A stretch of 64,000 bases of DNA from Octopus vulgaris (Eukaryota): positions 89,962,001 to 90,026,000 of the forward strand of contig OX597822.1 of NCBI GenBank assembly GCA_951406725.2, read 5' to 3'. Made by a program: the position numbers and the translations under genes. Under the pieces are notes generated by a model. It was not told the origin of the DNA and did no database searches. It saw nothing but the letters and a program-made list of their open reading frames with translations. Positions 38,486-50,384 of the stretch are shown here, in pieces; position 1 is the first letter of the stretch, and each line of letters starts with the position of its first letter.

Positions 38486-38885
38486 AGGCATAGGAGTGGC
38501 TGTGTGGTAAGTAGCTTGCTTATGAACCACATGGTTCTGGTTTCAGTCCCACTGCATGGCACCTTGGGCAAGTGTCTTCTACAATAGCCTAGGGCCGACC
38601 AAAGCCTTGAGTGGATTTGGTAGACGGAAACTGAAAGAAGCCTGTCGTATATATGTATACATATATAAGTTTGTGTGTGTGTGTATGTTTATGTGTCTGT
38701 GTTTGTCCCCCCAACATCGCTTGACAACCGATGCTGGTGTGTCCCCGTAACTTAGCGGTTCAGCTAAAGAGGCCGATAGAATAAGTACTAGGCTTACAAA
38801 GAATAAGTCCTAGGGTCGATTTGCTCGACTAAAGGTGGTACTCCAGCATGGCCACAGTCAAATGACTGAAACAAGTAAAAGAGAA
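38486..38885 (+). mobile_element. tRNA-derived SINE, family A
   Basis: Colinear with the other family A copies. Confidence 0.9.
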
Positions 38886-39302
38886 AGAGAAATGAATAAT
38901 TGACGATGTGACAAAAGTAAATGGATGCATGAATAAGTGACAATAAGGGTATTCGTGTAAACTTAAGTTAGTTTTTAAGATGGAAGACGAAAACTATGTT
39001 TACAGAACTAAGAGGGGATTATGATCTGCACTGAAATAGAGGTGATAGATGTATTGAGTTGCAAAAAAACAAGATTCCTTATCTGAACAACATCTGGATT
39101 TGTATTCTTTTGGTGAGGTTATTGAAATGTAGAAGGAATCTGAGAGAGCAGGTTCATATAGAGTGGGATGGTGGAGGAGGAGGTAAGTAATTGGAGAAGT
39201 GAGTGGTTTATATATAAATAATATATATCAAATATATAATAAAAATAAAAATACATATAATATATAAATAATATATATACAGAGAATGTACATACATATA
39301 TA

Positions 39303-39347
<45 letters not shown>

Positions 39348-39355
39348 CATATAAT

Positions 39356-39645
39356 GTGGAGGCGCAATGGCCTAGTGGTTAGGGCAGCGGACTCGTGGTC
39401 GCAGGATCGCAGTTTCGATTCCCAGACCGGGCGTTGTGAGTGTTTATTGAGCGAAAACACCTAAAAGCTCCACGAGGCTCCGGTAGGGGGTGGTGATCCC
39501 TGCTGTACTCTTTCACCACTCTTTCTCCCACTCTCTCTTCTGTTGGCCTGCTCGCTTAGCCAGTGGGGCGGCGTCATTCGAAGGCTAAAACAATGCGAAC
39601 GCATTGTGACCAGCGATGTGTAACAACATCTGATGTGATCACGTG
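39356..39645 (+). mobile_element. tRNA-derived SINE, family C
   Basis: A box TGGCCTAGTGG and B-box-like GTTTCGATTCC, followed by a distinct body; lies within (TA)n. Confidence 0.75.
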
Positions 39646-39726
39646 ATATACATATCATATATTACATATGTAATATATTAATATTTATAATATATAATAC
39701 ATATATACATATATACATATATATGC

Positions 39727-41390
39727 AAATGGATGAGGGCAACTGTGTGAAAAAGTGTCAAACCCTAGCAGTTGAGGGAGAGATAGGTGGTGAAGCACAA
39801 CCTTCGAACAATGGGCCTCACCGAGGCAATGACTAGTGACCAAGACCTTGGGAAGTGCTTGAGAAGACCCTGCAAGGCAGGTGAGACCATAACCAGTGGC
39901 CTACGCCAGCGGTGTAAACAGCCTACTTAAGTGTTGCTTGCAAAGACCTGTCGAGGCAATTGAAATCACAATTAAAATCAAATTCGCTAACATGGCCAAT
40001 GACAGCAATGCCTGGCTGGCACATGTGCCAGTGGAACATTAAAAGCACCATCCGAGTGTGATCATTGACAGGGCCGCTGACTGGCTCCCATGCCAGTGGC
40101 ACATAAAAAGCAGCATTCGAGTATGACTGTTACCAGTGTAGCCTTACTGGCACTAGTGCTGGTGGCACTTGAAAAACAACATTTGAGTGAGGTCGTTGCC
40201 AATGCTGCTGGACTGGCTCCTGTGCAGGTGGTACTTAAGAAATGCCATTTGAGTGTGGCTGTCACCTGTACTGCCTGACTGGCCCTTGTGCCAGTGGCAC
40301 GTAAAAGCACCCACAACATTCTCACAGTGGTTGGCATTAGGAAGGGCATCCAGCTGTAGAAGCTCTGCCAGATCAGATTGAAGCCTGGTGCAGCCATCAG
40401 GCTTGCCAGTCCTCAATCAAACAGTCCAAGCTTTTACTCTGAGTGAGAAGCCCTTTGTCACCAGAAGAGGTAAGAGCTCTCTGAACTTAGCCCAGGCTAT
40501 TCTTATTCTAGTAGCTACACTTTCAGTGCACCCTCCCCTGCTACTGACTTGGTCACCTAGGTAAGAGAGGCTATCAACTACTTCTAGTTTTTCTCCCTGG
40601 AATATGCCGGAAGTTGTACTCTGCACATTTTCAGTGTTATTTATTGCTCCTGAGCATCTGCCATATACAAAAACTATCCTCCCAGTTACCCTTCCTTTGA
40701 TATTGCTGCACCTCTTATGTGTCCATAGTTTACACTGGGTACATCTTATAGAGTTTCTACCTACGCCTTTTCTACAGATCGAGAAGGGCCATTAACCTGA
40801 AGGGATTTGTGGTTTGCCTGCCTTCCTACTTATTAGGACTTCGGTTTTAGCTAGATTGACTCTAAGGCCCTTCGATTCTAATCCTTGCTTCCACACCTGA
40901 AACTTCTCTAATTCTGACAGTGACTCAGCAATTAGAGCAAGATCATCAGTATAGGGAAGCTCCCAGGGGCAGCCTGTCTTGAATTCCTCCGTTATTGCTT
41001 GGAGGACTATGATAAATAGGAGAGGACTGAGGACTGAACGTTGGTGGACCCCTACCTCTACCCTGAATTCTTCACTGTACTCATTGCCAGCCCTCACCTT
41101 ACTGACAGCGTCCTTGTACATGGCTTACACGGCTCTAACTAACCATTCATCTATCCCTAGTTTCCTCATTGACCACCAGATAAGGATTCAGGGGACGCTG
41201 TCAAAGGCTTTCTCCATGTCAATGAAAGCCAGGTACGGGGGCTTATCTTTGGCTATGTATTTCTGCTGCAGCTGTCTAACCAAAAATATGGCATCAGTGG
41301 TGCTTTTCCATGGCACGAAACCAAACTGCATCTCATTTAAACTGACTCTCTCCCTAATTAGTTGGGCTATGACCCTCTCCGTGACCTTCA
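39727..41390. mobile_element. Rearranged RTE LINE: RT on minus (40430-41390) fused to the 3' end on plus (39727-40428)
   Basis: Minus: MQFGFVP..AFD..GVHQ..YTDD..KGFSLRVK. Plus: MDEG..3' UTR repeats. Confidence 0.85.
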
Positions 41391-41714
41391 TAATATATAT
41401 ACATATACAACATATACTATATATAAATATAAAATATATGTATATTATACAATATATATATATATAAAATATATGTATATTATACAATATATATATATTA
41501 TATAATATATATATATATATATACATAAAATATATATATATAAAATACATGTACATTATGTATATTATACAATATGTATATTATATATAATATATATATA
41601 TATACACATATATATATATATACATAATATATATATATATACATAATATATATATGTATATATTTATATATATACATAATGTATATAGATATATAATGCA
41701 TATAGATACATATA

Positions 41715-42540
41715 GTGGCCTTTGCTAGCTATGCAGATGACACAAAAGTCTCTCAGTCAATACAAAATCCTGGAAATATTGCACATCTGCAACAGAAGTT
41801 GGATGCAGTATACAGGTGGGCTGAGGGCAACAACATGCAGTTTAAAGTAGGAAAATTCCAGGCTCTACGCTACCAGCACACAAAGCTAAATGACATGCAC
41901 ACAGAATACAGTGGCCCAGGTGGAATTGAAATCCCTGAATCAAAGTCAGTGTGTGACCTGGGTGTTGACATGAGCAGAGATGCATCTTTTCAAGTGCATA
42001 TTACCAATTTGGTAATAAAATGCAGATAGCCACTTAGACTATTGCTCCCAACTATGGTCACCACACAATAAAAAATCCACGGTGGAACTCAAAGCAATCC
42101 AATGAAGCTACACTAAGAAAAACATCTTGTTGCAACATGTCAGCTACTGGGAAAGACTTAAAGAAGTAAAACTCTTCTTCCTGGAAGGAAGGCAGGAGAG
42201 ATATGCAGTGATATACATCTGGAAAATCCTAGAAGGCCTTTACTAAACTTTGGTATTGAAAGTTACTCAAACTGCAGAATGGAGTGCCACTCCATACTAC
42301 CAGAGATCCCAGATACTGCAACGAGTTGGGCTTCAAGGACCCATAGCTCTTTAATATCCTTCCAAACTACCCAAGAGACCTATATGGTGTGGATGTAAGT
42401 GTCTTTAAAACAAAACTAGATCTCCCCCTGTAACGGATTCCAGATGAGCCTACGTCATGGCAGGAAACACAGTTGGGGGCAGCAGCATTAAAATCCCTCA
42501 TTGACCGAAGGCCACATATCAGAGGAAGTTCCAAATAATG
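41715..42540 (+). mobile_element. Degenerate CR1/L2-group LINE, RT C-terminal part
   Basis: FASYADDTK, NNMQFKVGKFQAL and DLGVDMS motifs. Confidence 0.8.
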
Positions 42541-43019
42541 GTGTAGCTCAGTCAATGGTTGTGCTCCAGCATGACCATAGCTTTGCAGCTGAAACATTTT
42601 AAAATAGCTAAAATATTAAAAAAATACATACATAATGTATATAGATACATAATATATAAATATATACATATACATAATATATAAATATATACACATACAT
42701 AATATATAAATATATACACATACATAATATATATATATATATATATATACATATACATACATATACATAATATATATATATATATACCATATACATATAA
42801 TATATATATATAAAATTATAGATATATAATATAGATACATATAATATATACATAAATAATATAAATATAATATATTATATGTATGTATATATATATATAT
42901 ACACACATATATAATTATATATATATATAGTATATATATGTGTATATATATGTTAGATATATTTATATATATAGTATATATATATACACATATATATATA
43001 TATATATACTATATATCTA

Positions 43020-43051
<32 letters not shown>

Positions 43052-43052
<1 letters not shown>

Positions 43053-43372
43053 GTAGTGGTATACTATCAACTTAATGTGACAGTCCCATGAAGGGAATAA
43101 TACTACTGTTATTTAACCCTAGGAAGCAGCAACTCTTCCTGTTGACCTTGACACATTTCCTGTGTCCTTATGTTTGCAAGGGGAAGATAACCACCTCCAC
43201 ACAGCTAAGCCTGCTCAGCTGGGTGGAGGTGCTTATCTTCCCCTTGCAAACATAAGGGCACAGAAATTGTGTCAAGGCCTACAGGAAGAGTTGCTGCTTC
43301 CTAGCGCTAAATAGCAGTAGTATTATTCCCTTCATGGGACTGTCACATTAAGTTGACAGTATATCACTACTT
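43052..43372. repeat. About 320-bp fold-back (palindromic) element in (TA)n
   Basis: Arms of about 155 bp are reverse complements (e.g. cttaatgtgacagtcccatgaagggaataatactactg); centre near 43211. Confidence 0.9.
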
Positions 43373-43415
43373 TATATGTATATATAATTTGTATACATTT
43401 ATATATATAATACGT

Positions 43416-43446
<31 letters not shown>

Positions 43447-43677
43447 ATGTGTATATATGTACATATATATTTAATGTATATATATATATATAATAAATAT
43501 TAGGGAATAAATCCAAATTTACAAGGAAAAATCAGATTTAAGATTGAATCCAATTTTATAATAAAATATTATATTATAATAAATTAGAGACAAAACCACT
43601 ATTATGCAAATCAAACAAAGAAAGACTTAAGCCAATACATAAAATAATTTATATAAATTAAAATTTAACAAATGAAT

Positions 43678-43729
43678 AACCACTACGATTGTTTCGTGTC
43701 AGCACATCTTAGACATTCTTCAGGTGGTT
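43678..43729 (-). ncRNA. Type-I hammerhead ribozyme
   Basis: Mirror copy of 43849-43900 with one loop III change (GAAAC-AAUC-GUA). Confidence 0.8.
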
Positions 43730-43848
43730 TCTAAATCTTCTTAGCGAGTTATAAACTATGAAGTCAGTGGTTTCTAAACCTTCTTAGCGAGTTATAAACT
43801 ATGAAGTCATATGACTTCATAGTTTATAACTCGCTAAGAAGGTTTAGA

Positions 43849-43900
43849 AACCACCTGAAGAATGTCTAAGATGTGCTGACACGAAACGATCGTAGTGGTT
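43849..43900 (+). ncRNA. Type-I hammerhead ribozyme with canonical core
   Basis: AACCAC-CUGAAGA-AUGUC(uaagaugugcu)GACAC-GAAA-CGAUCG-UA-GUGGUU. Six-bp stem I, palindromic ACGAUCGU stem/loop III, GUA triplet. Confidence 0.88.
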
Positions 43901-44019
43901 ATTCATTTGTTAAATTTTAATTTATATAAATTATTTTATGTATTGGCTTAAGTCTTTCTTTGTTTGATTTGCATAATAGTGGTTTTGTCTCTAATTTATT
44001 ATAATATATATATATATAA

Positions 44020-45406
44020 TGTGTGCATTATGTGGTCGGTTGAGCTGAAAATATGCACACCTATGTTAAAAGTACTGGCGAGTTTGCATGGCAACTATTT
44101 TTTTCCTCAAATGAAAGGCGTGACCTCTAGGACAAAATTCCTCATCTTATAAAATGTGGCCCAAGTAGACCTGAATGAAATCGGGTTATATTAACCAAAA
44201 TGTGAAAATGGGTCAAAATGGGTCTGGAAGGGGATTAAAATTTACAGGAGCATGTGTTTAGGAATTCTGTTACATCAAGCTAAAAAATTTGCGCCAGCCT
44301 TTAAATCTTCAATGTGTTGCCTTCCATGATGAAGAAGTTTTGAATGCTTGCCATGGTGAGTCTACTGTCGTGAGAAAGAATCACTTCAAAACTTGGTGTT
44401 TAGGAATTTTCTTTTACATCAAGTTCAAAATTTTATGCCAGCCGTTAAACTGCCACAACGTTGCTGTCCATCGTTAAGAAGTTTTGAATGCCAGCCATGC
44501 TGAGTCTACTATCCTCAGATTCTATCCTTTCAAACTTTGGTTTCCAATATGTTTTTATTTTTATTCAGCTCGCAAGTTCGTCTGTCCCTTTTAAATGTTA
44601 CTGTTTTGAAGCAGACCTTTCTTTTGTCACTGCCTGATATTTATGATTGATCTTTCAAAATATTTCTTTCTCAGCTTACTCCAGATCTTTTGTTGTTTGT
44701 AAATGGGAGATAGATAGATAGAGAGTAAGAGAAAGCGAGGGAGAGTCCGAGAGAAAGGAAGAGTAAGAGAGTGGGAAAGTGAGCCAGCCTTTAAATCATC
44801 AATGTGTTGCTATCCGTCATGATGAAGTTTTGAATGCCTGCCATGGTGAGTCTACTGTCGTAAGAAAGAATCACTTCAAAAATTGGTGTTTAGGAATTTT
44901 CTTTTACATCAAGTTCAAAATTTTACGCCAGCTGTTAAACTGCCACAACGTTGCTGTCCGTTGTTAAGAAGTTTTGAATAGCAGCCATGGTGAGTCTACT
45001 ATCCTCAGATTCTATCCCTTCAAACTTTGGTTTCCAATATTTTTTTAATTTTTATTCAGCTTGCAAGTTCGTCTGTCCCTTTTAAATGTTTTGCTGTTCG
45101 CCTTGAAGCAGACCTTTCCGTTGTCATTGCCTGATATTTATGATTGATCTTTCAAAATATTTTGTTTCTCAACTTACTCAAGATCTTTTGTTGTTTATAA
45201 ATGGGAAAGAAATAGATAGAGAAAGATAGAGAGTAAGAGAAAGCGAGGGAGAGTCAGAGAGAAAGGAAGAGTAAGAGAGTGAGGAAATGAGAGAGAAAGG
45301 AAAGAGAAACAAAGAGGGAGAATGTGGTGATAAGAAACAGAAAGGAAGCAAGAGAAAGTAACAACCACACTCTCACCCGTGCGTAGAGTGGGTCACCTTA
45401 AGCTAG
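44020..45406 (+). mobile_element. Non-autonomous Helitron-like element with an internal approximately 490-bp tandem duplication
   Basis: Ends with hairpin cacccgtgcgtagagtgggt and CTAG|T. Segment 44290-44780 is repeated at 44780-45290. Confidence 0.6.
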
Positions 45407-45477
45407 TATATATATAAGTTGTACATATGTATGTTAGACACATAATGTATATAACATAATATAATATAATATATATA

Positions 45478-45625
45478 TGGCGTTAGGAAGGGCATCCAGC
45501 TGTAGAAACATTGCCAGATTAGACTGGAGCCTGGTGCATCCTTCTGGCTTCCCAGAACCCCGGTCGAACCGTCCAACCCATGCTAGCATGGAGAACGGAC
45601 GTTAAATGATGATGATGATGATGAT
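45478..45625 (+). mobile_element. Short 3'-end copy of the RTE LINE
   Basis: Terminal approximately 130 bp plus (GAT)n. Confidence 0.85.
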
Positions 45626-45746
45626 ATATAATTATATTTAGTAGAAAGAATAGCTATAACTCTTTGACTGCTATTTCTAAATTTGGTGTGTGGTGAGGCA
45701 AATCGTTGCTAAACCCTTAATTACTTAGTATATATAATTATATATA

Positions 45747-45777
45747 TTGATGAAGGGCAAATACCCTGAAACATGTC
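45747..45777 (+). ncRNA. Minimal hammerhead motif (C3U), 5' strand of stem I lost into (TA)n
   Basis: UUGAUGA-AGGG(caaaua)CCCU-GAAA-CAUG-UC, with palindromic ACAUGU. Confidence 0.65.
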
Positions 45778-45948
45778 TGAAGTTGCCTAATCAGCAAGGG
45801 GAAGCGGCTGACCTCCCCTGTTCGAAGGTTATAATGGGCACAGGTTGGTGTGTCATATAGCTAGCTAGATGCGATGACCTCTTGGAGCTAATCAATGGCA
45901 GCTTTCATCCTATATTTATGGACTGCCATATTTGCTTGGCGATAACTA

Positions 45949-46010
<62 letters not shown>

Positions 46011-46419
46011 TCTACCCATGTATATATATATATATATAAATTAGAGAAGAACCACCTTTTATCAATTCAACAATGAAATAACAATGATATAATTAAATTA
46101 TACCATATAGAAAAAAATTAAAAATACGATAGAAACATATACCAATAATTATGTAAAGTTCAAAATAATAAATAAACAGTATATAATTGGTAAAAGGACT
46201 ACACATATATCTATTTAATTATTATTTTTATTATTATTATTATTATGTGAATTAACGTATTATATAATTTATTTTGTGAAATAGTTTTGTAAGACAAAAT
46301 ATTATCTAATAGTTAGGAGTTTTATTTTTGTAGCATTACATTGAAGTAAATACTTTTAATATTAAGTGATATTTTGTTTAATTCTATAAGTGAGTGTAAT
46401 ATTAAATCTATATATACTA

Positions 46420-46843
46420 TAGGTGCAAGAGTGGCTGTGTGGTAAGTAGCTTGCTTACCACCCACATGGTTTCGGGTTCAGTCCCACTGCGTGGCATCTT
46501 GGGAAAGTGTCTTCTGCTATAGCCTCGGGCCGACCAATGCCTTGTGAGTGGATTTGGTAGACGGAAACTGAAAGAAGCCTGTCGTATATATGTATATATA
46601 TATATATATTTATGTGTGTGTATATGTTTGTGTGTCTGTGTTTGTCCCCCCCAACATCGCTTGACAACTGATGCTGGTGTGTTTACGTCCCCGTCACTTA
46701 GCGGTTCTGCAAAAAGAGACCGATAGAATAAGTACTGGGCTTACAAAGAATAAGTCCCGGGGTCGATTTGCTCGACTAAAGGTGGTGCTCCAGCATGGCT
46801 GCAGTCAAATGACTGAAACCAGTAAAAGAGTAAAGAGTAAGAG
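46420..46843 (+). mobile_element. tRNA-derived SINE, family A
   Basis: Colinear with the other family A copies. Confidence 0.9.
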
Positions 46844-47279
46844 TATATATAAATTAATAATATAAGTTTAAATAATAGGTGTGTATATATTTGAACCATT
46901 TTCAATTTTTAATTCTAGTAGTCATAGTGTGTACTAGCATTATGTATACAAGTTAGCATGAAGTTTTTTTTAGTATATATTACTTAATTAGAATAAAATT
47001 TAACTTAGATGTTTATTAAATAAATAATTTAATTTAATGTATATAGATTAAATTATAGTATTTTAGTTTTCACCTTATGTATATTTTGTATTTTATATAT
47101 ATATATATATTTATTTGTTTTAAATATTTTAAGTACTTGTATTTTAATTTTCTAGTAATGATATATTATAGTTTGTCATTCTTTTCTTATATAAGTTAAA
47201 ATCTATTTTCATAGATATAATAAATATTTATACCATAATATATTTAAGATATTTCGTGTTTGTATTTTATGATACATAT

Positions 47280-47940
47280 CAAGAAATCCTCTTGCGAGCG
47301 TGACCTAGGCATCACTGTCAGCAGTGATTTGCGTTGGACAAAGCATATCTCTAAAATTGTCAAGAAGGCTGAGGGTGTCTTGGCATCACTCAGCAAGACT
47401 TTTGTTAGCCGCTCTCCAGCCATCTATTTAAAACTGTATACAGCTATGGTACGACCACACTTGGAATTCGCATCATCAGTTTGGAAACCCTATCTTGCTC
47501 AGAACATTGACCTCCTGGAATCTGTCCAGAGACGTGCAACCAAACGCATACCCTCCATCAGACACCTACCATATTCTGAGTGCCTTGTTTCCCTGGGCAT
47601 GGATTCACTGAAGCTCCGGCGTCTGGCAACGGACTTGGTAAACACCCACAAGGTTATCAACCACCTCACCAACAACAACACTGAACACCTTTTTGATCTC
47701 CATGTGTCTAACACACGTGGACATGCCTACAAAGTCAGAAAACAGCACAGCTCCCATGACTTTCGGAAACATCTTTTCACGCTCAGGGTTGCTGAAGCGT
47801 GGAACAAACTGCCTGCGTCAGTTGTTGACTGCCATGACACTGCATCTTTAAGGCCCTCATGCTTTCCGAAATCCGCCAAAACTACACCTGATTATATATA
47901 CACTTTAGATGAGTTGTAGTGCACCTGAGCACTGTACACA
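47280..47940 (+). mobile_element. CR1-group LINE 3' end
   Basis: ERDLGI, VRPHLEFASSVWKPY, LESVQRRATK, TRGH and RVAEAWNKLP motifs; short UTR and (ATT)n tail. Confidence 0.9.
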
Positions 47941-48082
47941 ATTATTATTATTTTTATTATTATTATTATTGTATTTTGTTTTGATTTTTATTGTAAAATT
48001 ACGTATTTTTATATTTATTTATATTTTCTTACAAGATTATATACATATATTTATTTATTTAATTATTTTATTGTTTTTATCT

Positions 48083-48170
48083 TGGGCCTGAAAAGTGACT
48101 ATATTTAAATTGAATTGATTTTACTGTTATCAGTTTGAAAATATAGCCACGAAACAAACACGTGTAGTCA
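48083..48170 (+). ncRNA. Decayed hammerhead with long stem II in an AT-rich pLTR
   Basis: gggc-CUGAAAA-GUGACUAUAUUU...AAAUAUAGCCAC-GAAAC(AAAC)ACGUG-UA-guca. Confidence 0.6.
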
Positions 48171-48409
48171 TTTTACCAATTATATACTTTTTATTTATTA
48201 TTTAGTACTTTACTTAATTATTGGTATATGTTTTTATCGCATATTTAAATTTTTTTCTATATCATTAATTATATCATTGTTGAATTGATAAAAGGTAGTT
48301 CTTCTCTAATTTATATACATATATTATATATTGTGATATTTGATTTAGTATTACTAAATTGAATTTTTCCCTGTAAGTTTGGAATAATATTCCCTAATAT
48401 TATTATCAT

Positions 48410-48473
<64 letters not shown>

Positions 48474-48509
48474 CTATCTACATATACATTTATATATATG
48501 TATATATAT

Positions 48510-50278
48510 ATTGGAATAGTACGGTAGACAAACCCATTAGAGCAAAGAAACAGGCCTGGAAAGCCTGGCGGGATGGGGGTAGCAGGGAACTGTACCAGGT
48601 AGCCAAAACGGAGGCTGGGCAGCAGGTATACATAGCCAAGGGCGAAGCAGAAAAGAAGTTTGCCAATGTCCAGCGACGTGAGGACCAAAGAACTGAGGTA
48701 TTTCGGATTGCTAGACACTGTGTGAGAGAATATTGTGATGTCACAGGAGAGAAATGCATCTGCATGGATGATGGTGCACTTGCTTTCAATGTTTCTGAAA
48801 AGAAAGAGGCTCGGAGAAGCCATTATGAAAGACTGCTGAATGTGGAGAATGAATGGGAGGAGGAGAGCCTGCCAAATGTTGACCCAGTAGAGGGACCAGC
48901 TATCCCAATAGACAGCTCCCTAGTAGATAAAGCAATTAAGGGTATGAAGCCAAGAAAAGCCCCCCGGCCTATCTAGAATCACTGATGAGATGCTTAAAAC
49001 ATCTGGTGGTGTGGGCTATGGCCTAGTCACCCGCATTGTAAACCAGGTAGTTCATAATGGAGTCATACCCAATGACTGGTGTAGCAGCACCATAGTCAAC
49101 TGCTACAAGGGTAAAGGTGATGCTCTAGATAGAAATAACTACAGGGGTATCAAACTGCTGGATTAAGCGATGAAGGTCACAGAGTGGGTCATAGTCTAAC
49201 TCATTAGGGAGAGAGTCTGCTTAGATGAGATGCAGCTCGGTTTTGTTCTGGGTAGAAGCACCACTGATGCCATATTCCTGGTTCAACAACTGCAGAAGAA
49301 ATACTTAGCTAAAGATAAACCCCTCTACTTAGCTTTTGTGGACTTGGAGAAAGCCTTTGACAGGGTCCCCCAATCCCTTATCTGGCGAACAATGTGGAAA
49401 CTGGAGATAGACGACTGGTTAATAAGGGCTGTACAGGCCGTTAGTAAGGTTAGGATTGGCAACGAATATAGTGAGGAATTCCGGGTAGAAGTAGGGGTCC
49501 ACCAAGGTTCAGCCCTCAGTCCTCTTCTATTCATCATAGTCCTCCAGGCAATAACAGAGGAATTCAAGATGGGTTGCCCCTGGGAGCCCCTCTATGCTGA
49601 ACATAAGAAGCATCGGATGTGGCATGCAAGAGAGACGTTTGTGCTGGTATGGTCATGTACTACGGATGGATGAGGAGAGCTGTGTGAAGAAGTGCCACTC
49701 CCACACAGTTGAAGGAATCCGGGAGAGAGGTAGACTCAGGAAGACATGGGACAAGGTGGTCAAGCATGACCTTCGAATGTTGGGCCTCACAGACCGAGAT
49801 CTCTGGAGATATGCTGTGACTGTGAAGACCTGACAAATAATGTGACTTCATGGCTGTTTCCTGCACCAGTTTCACATAGCAGCCCCAGCCCATCCAAAGT
49901 ACCTTGGATTGCAGAACGGCCTGCTGTGCTTACCTTGGATCATAGGGTGACCTGCTGTGCTTGAGGAGACTTATTGAGTCGAGTACATCAACATCAAAAT
50001 AAAAATAAAATGGAAATTGTAGTTGTGATACCTGTGCTGGTGGCACGCAAAAAGCACCATCCGAATGTAGCCAATGCCAGCATTGCCTTGACTGGCTTCC
50101 ATGCCAGTGGCACGTAAAAAGCACCCACGGAGTGGTTGGCGTTAGGAAGGGCATCCAGCTGTAGAAACACTGCCAGATGAGATTGGAGCCTAGTGCAGCT
50201 TCCTGGCTTCTCAGACCCTGGTCGAACCGTCCAACCCATGCTAGCATGGAAAACAGATGTTAATGATGATGATGATGA
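48510..50278 (+). mobile_element. RTE LINE copy with stop codons and an internal deletion
   Basis: Colinear with 16585-18980, but jumps from WEPLYA to NIRSI near 49598; (GAT)n tail. Confidence 0.92.
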
Positions 50279-50337
50279 TTATATATATATATAAAGATTT
50301 ACCTATAGACATATATATACACACATATATGTGTTAA

Positions 50338-50372
<35 letters not shown>

Positions 50373-50384
50373 CTGCTGGTTTAT

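Larger units (their letters stand above)
43571..44007. repeat. Head-to-head inverted pLTR pair with a hammerhead in each arm
   Basis: Near-perfect palindrome centred on gaagtcat|atgacttc (43810/43811), with a 43-bp duplication in the left arm. Confidence 0.9.
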
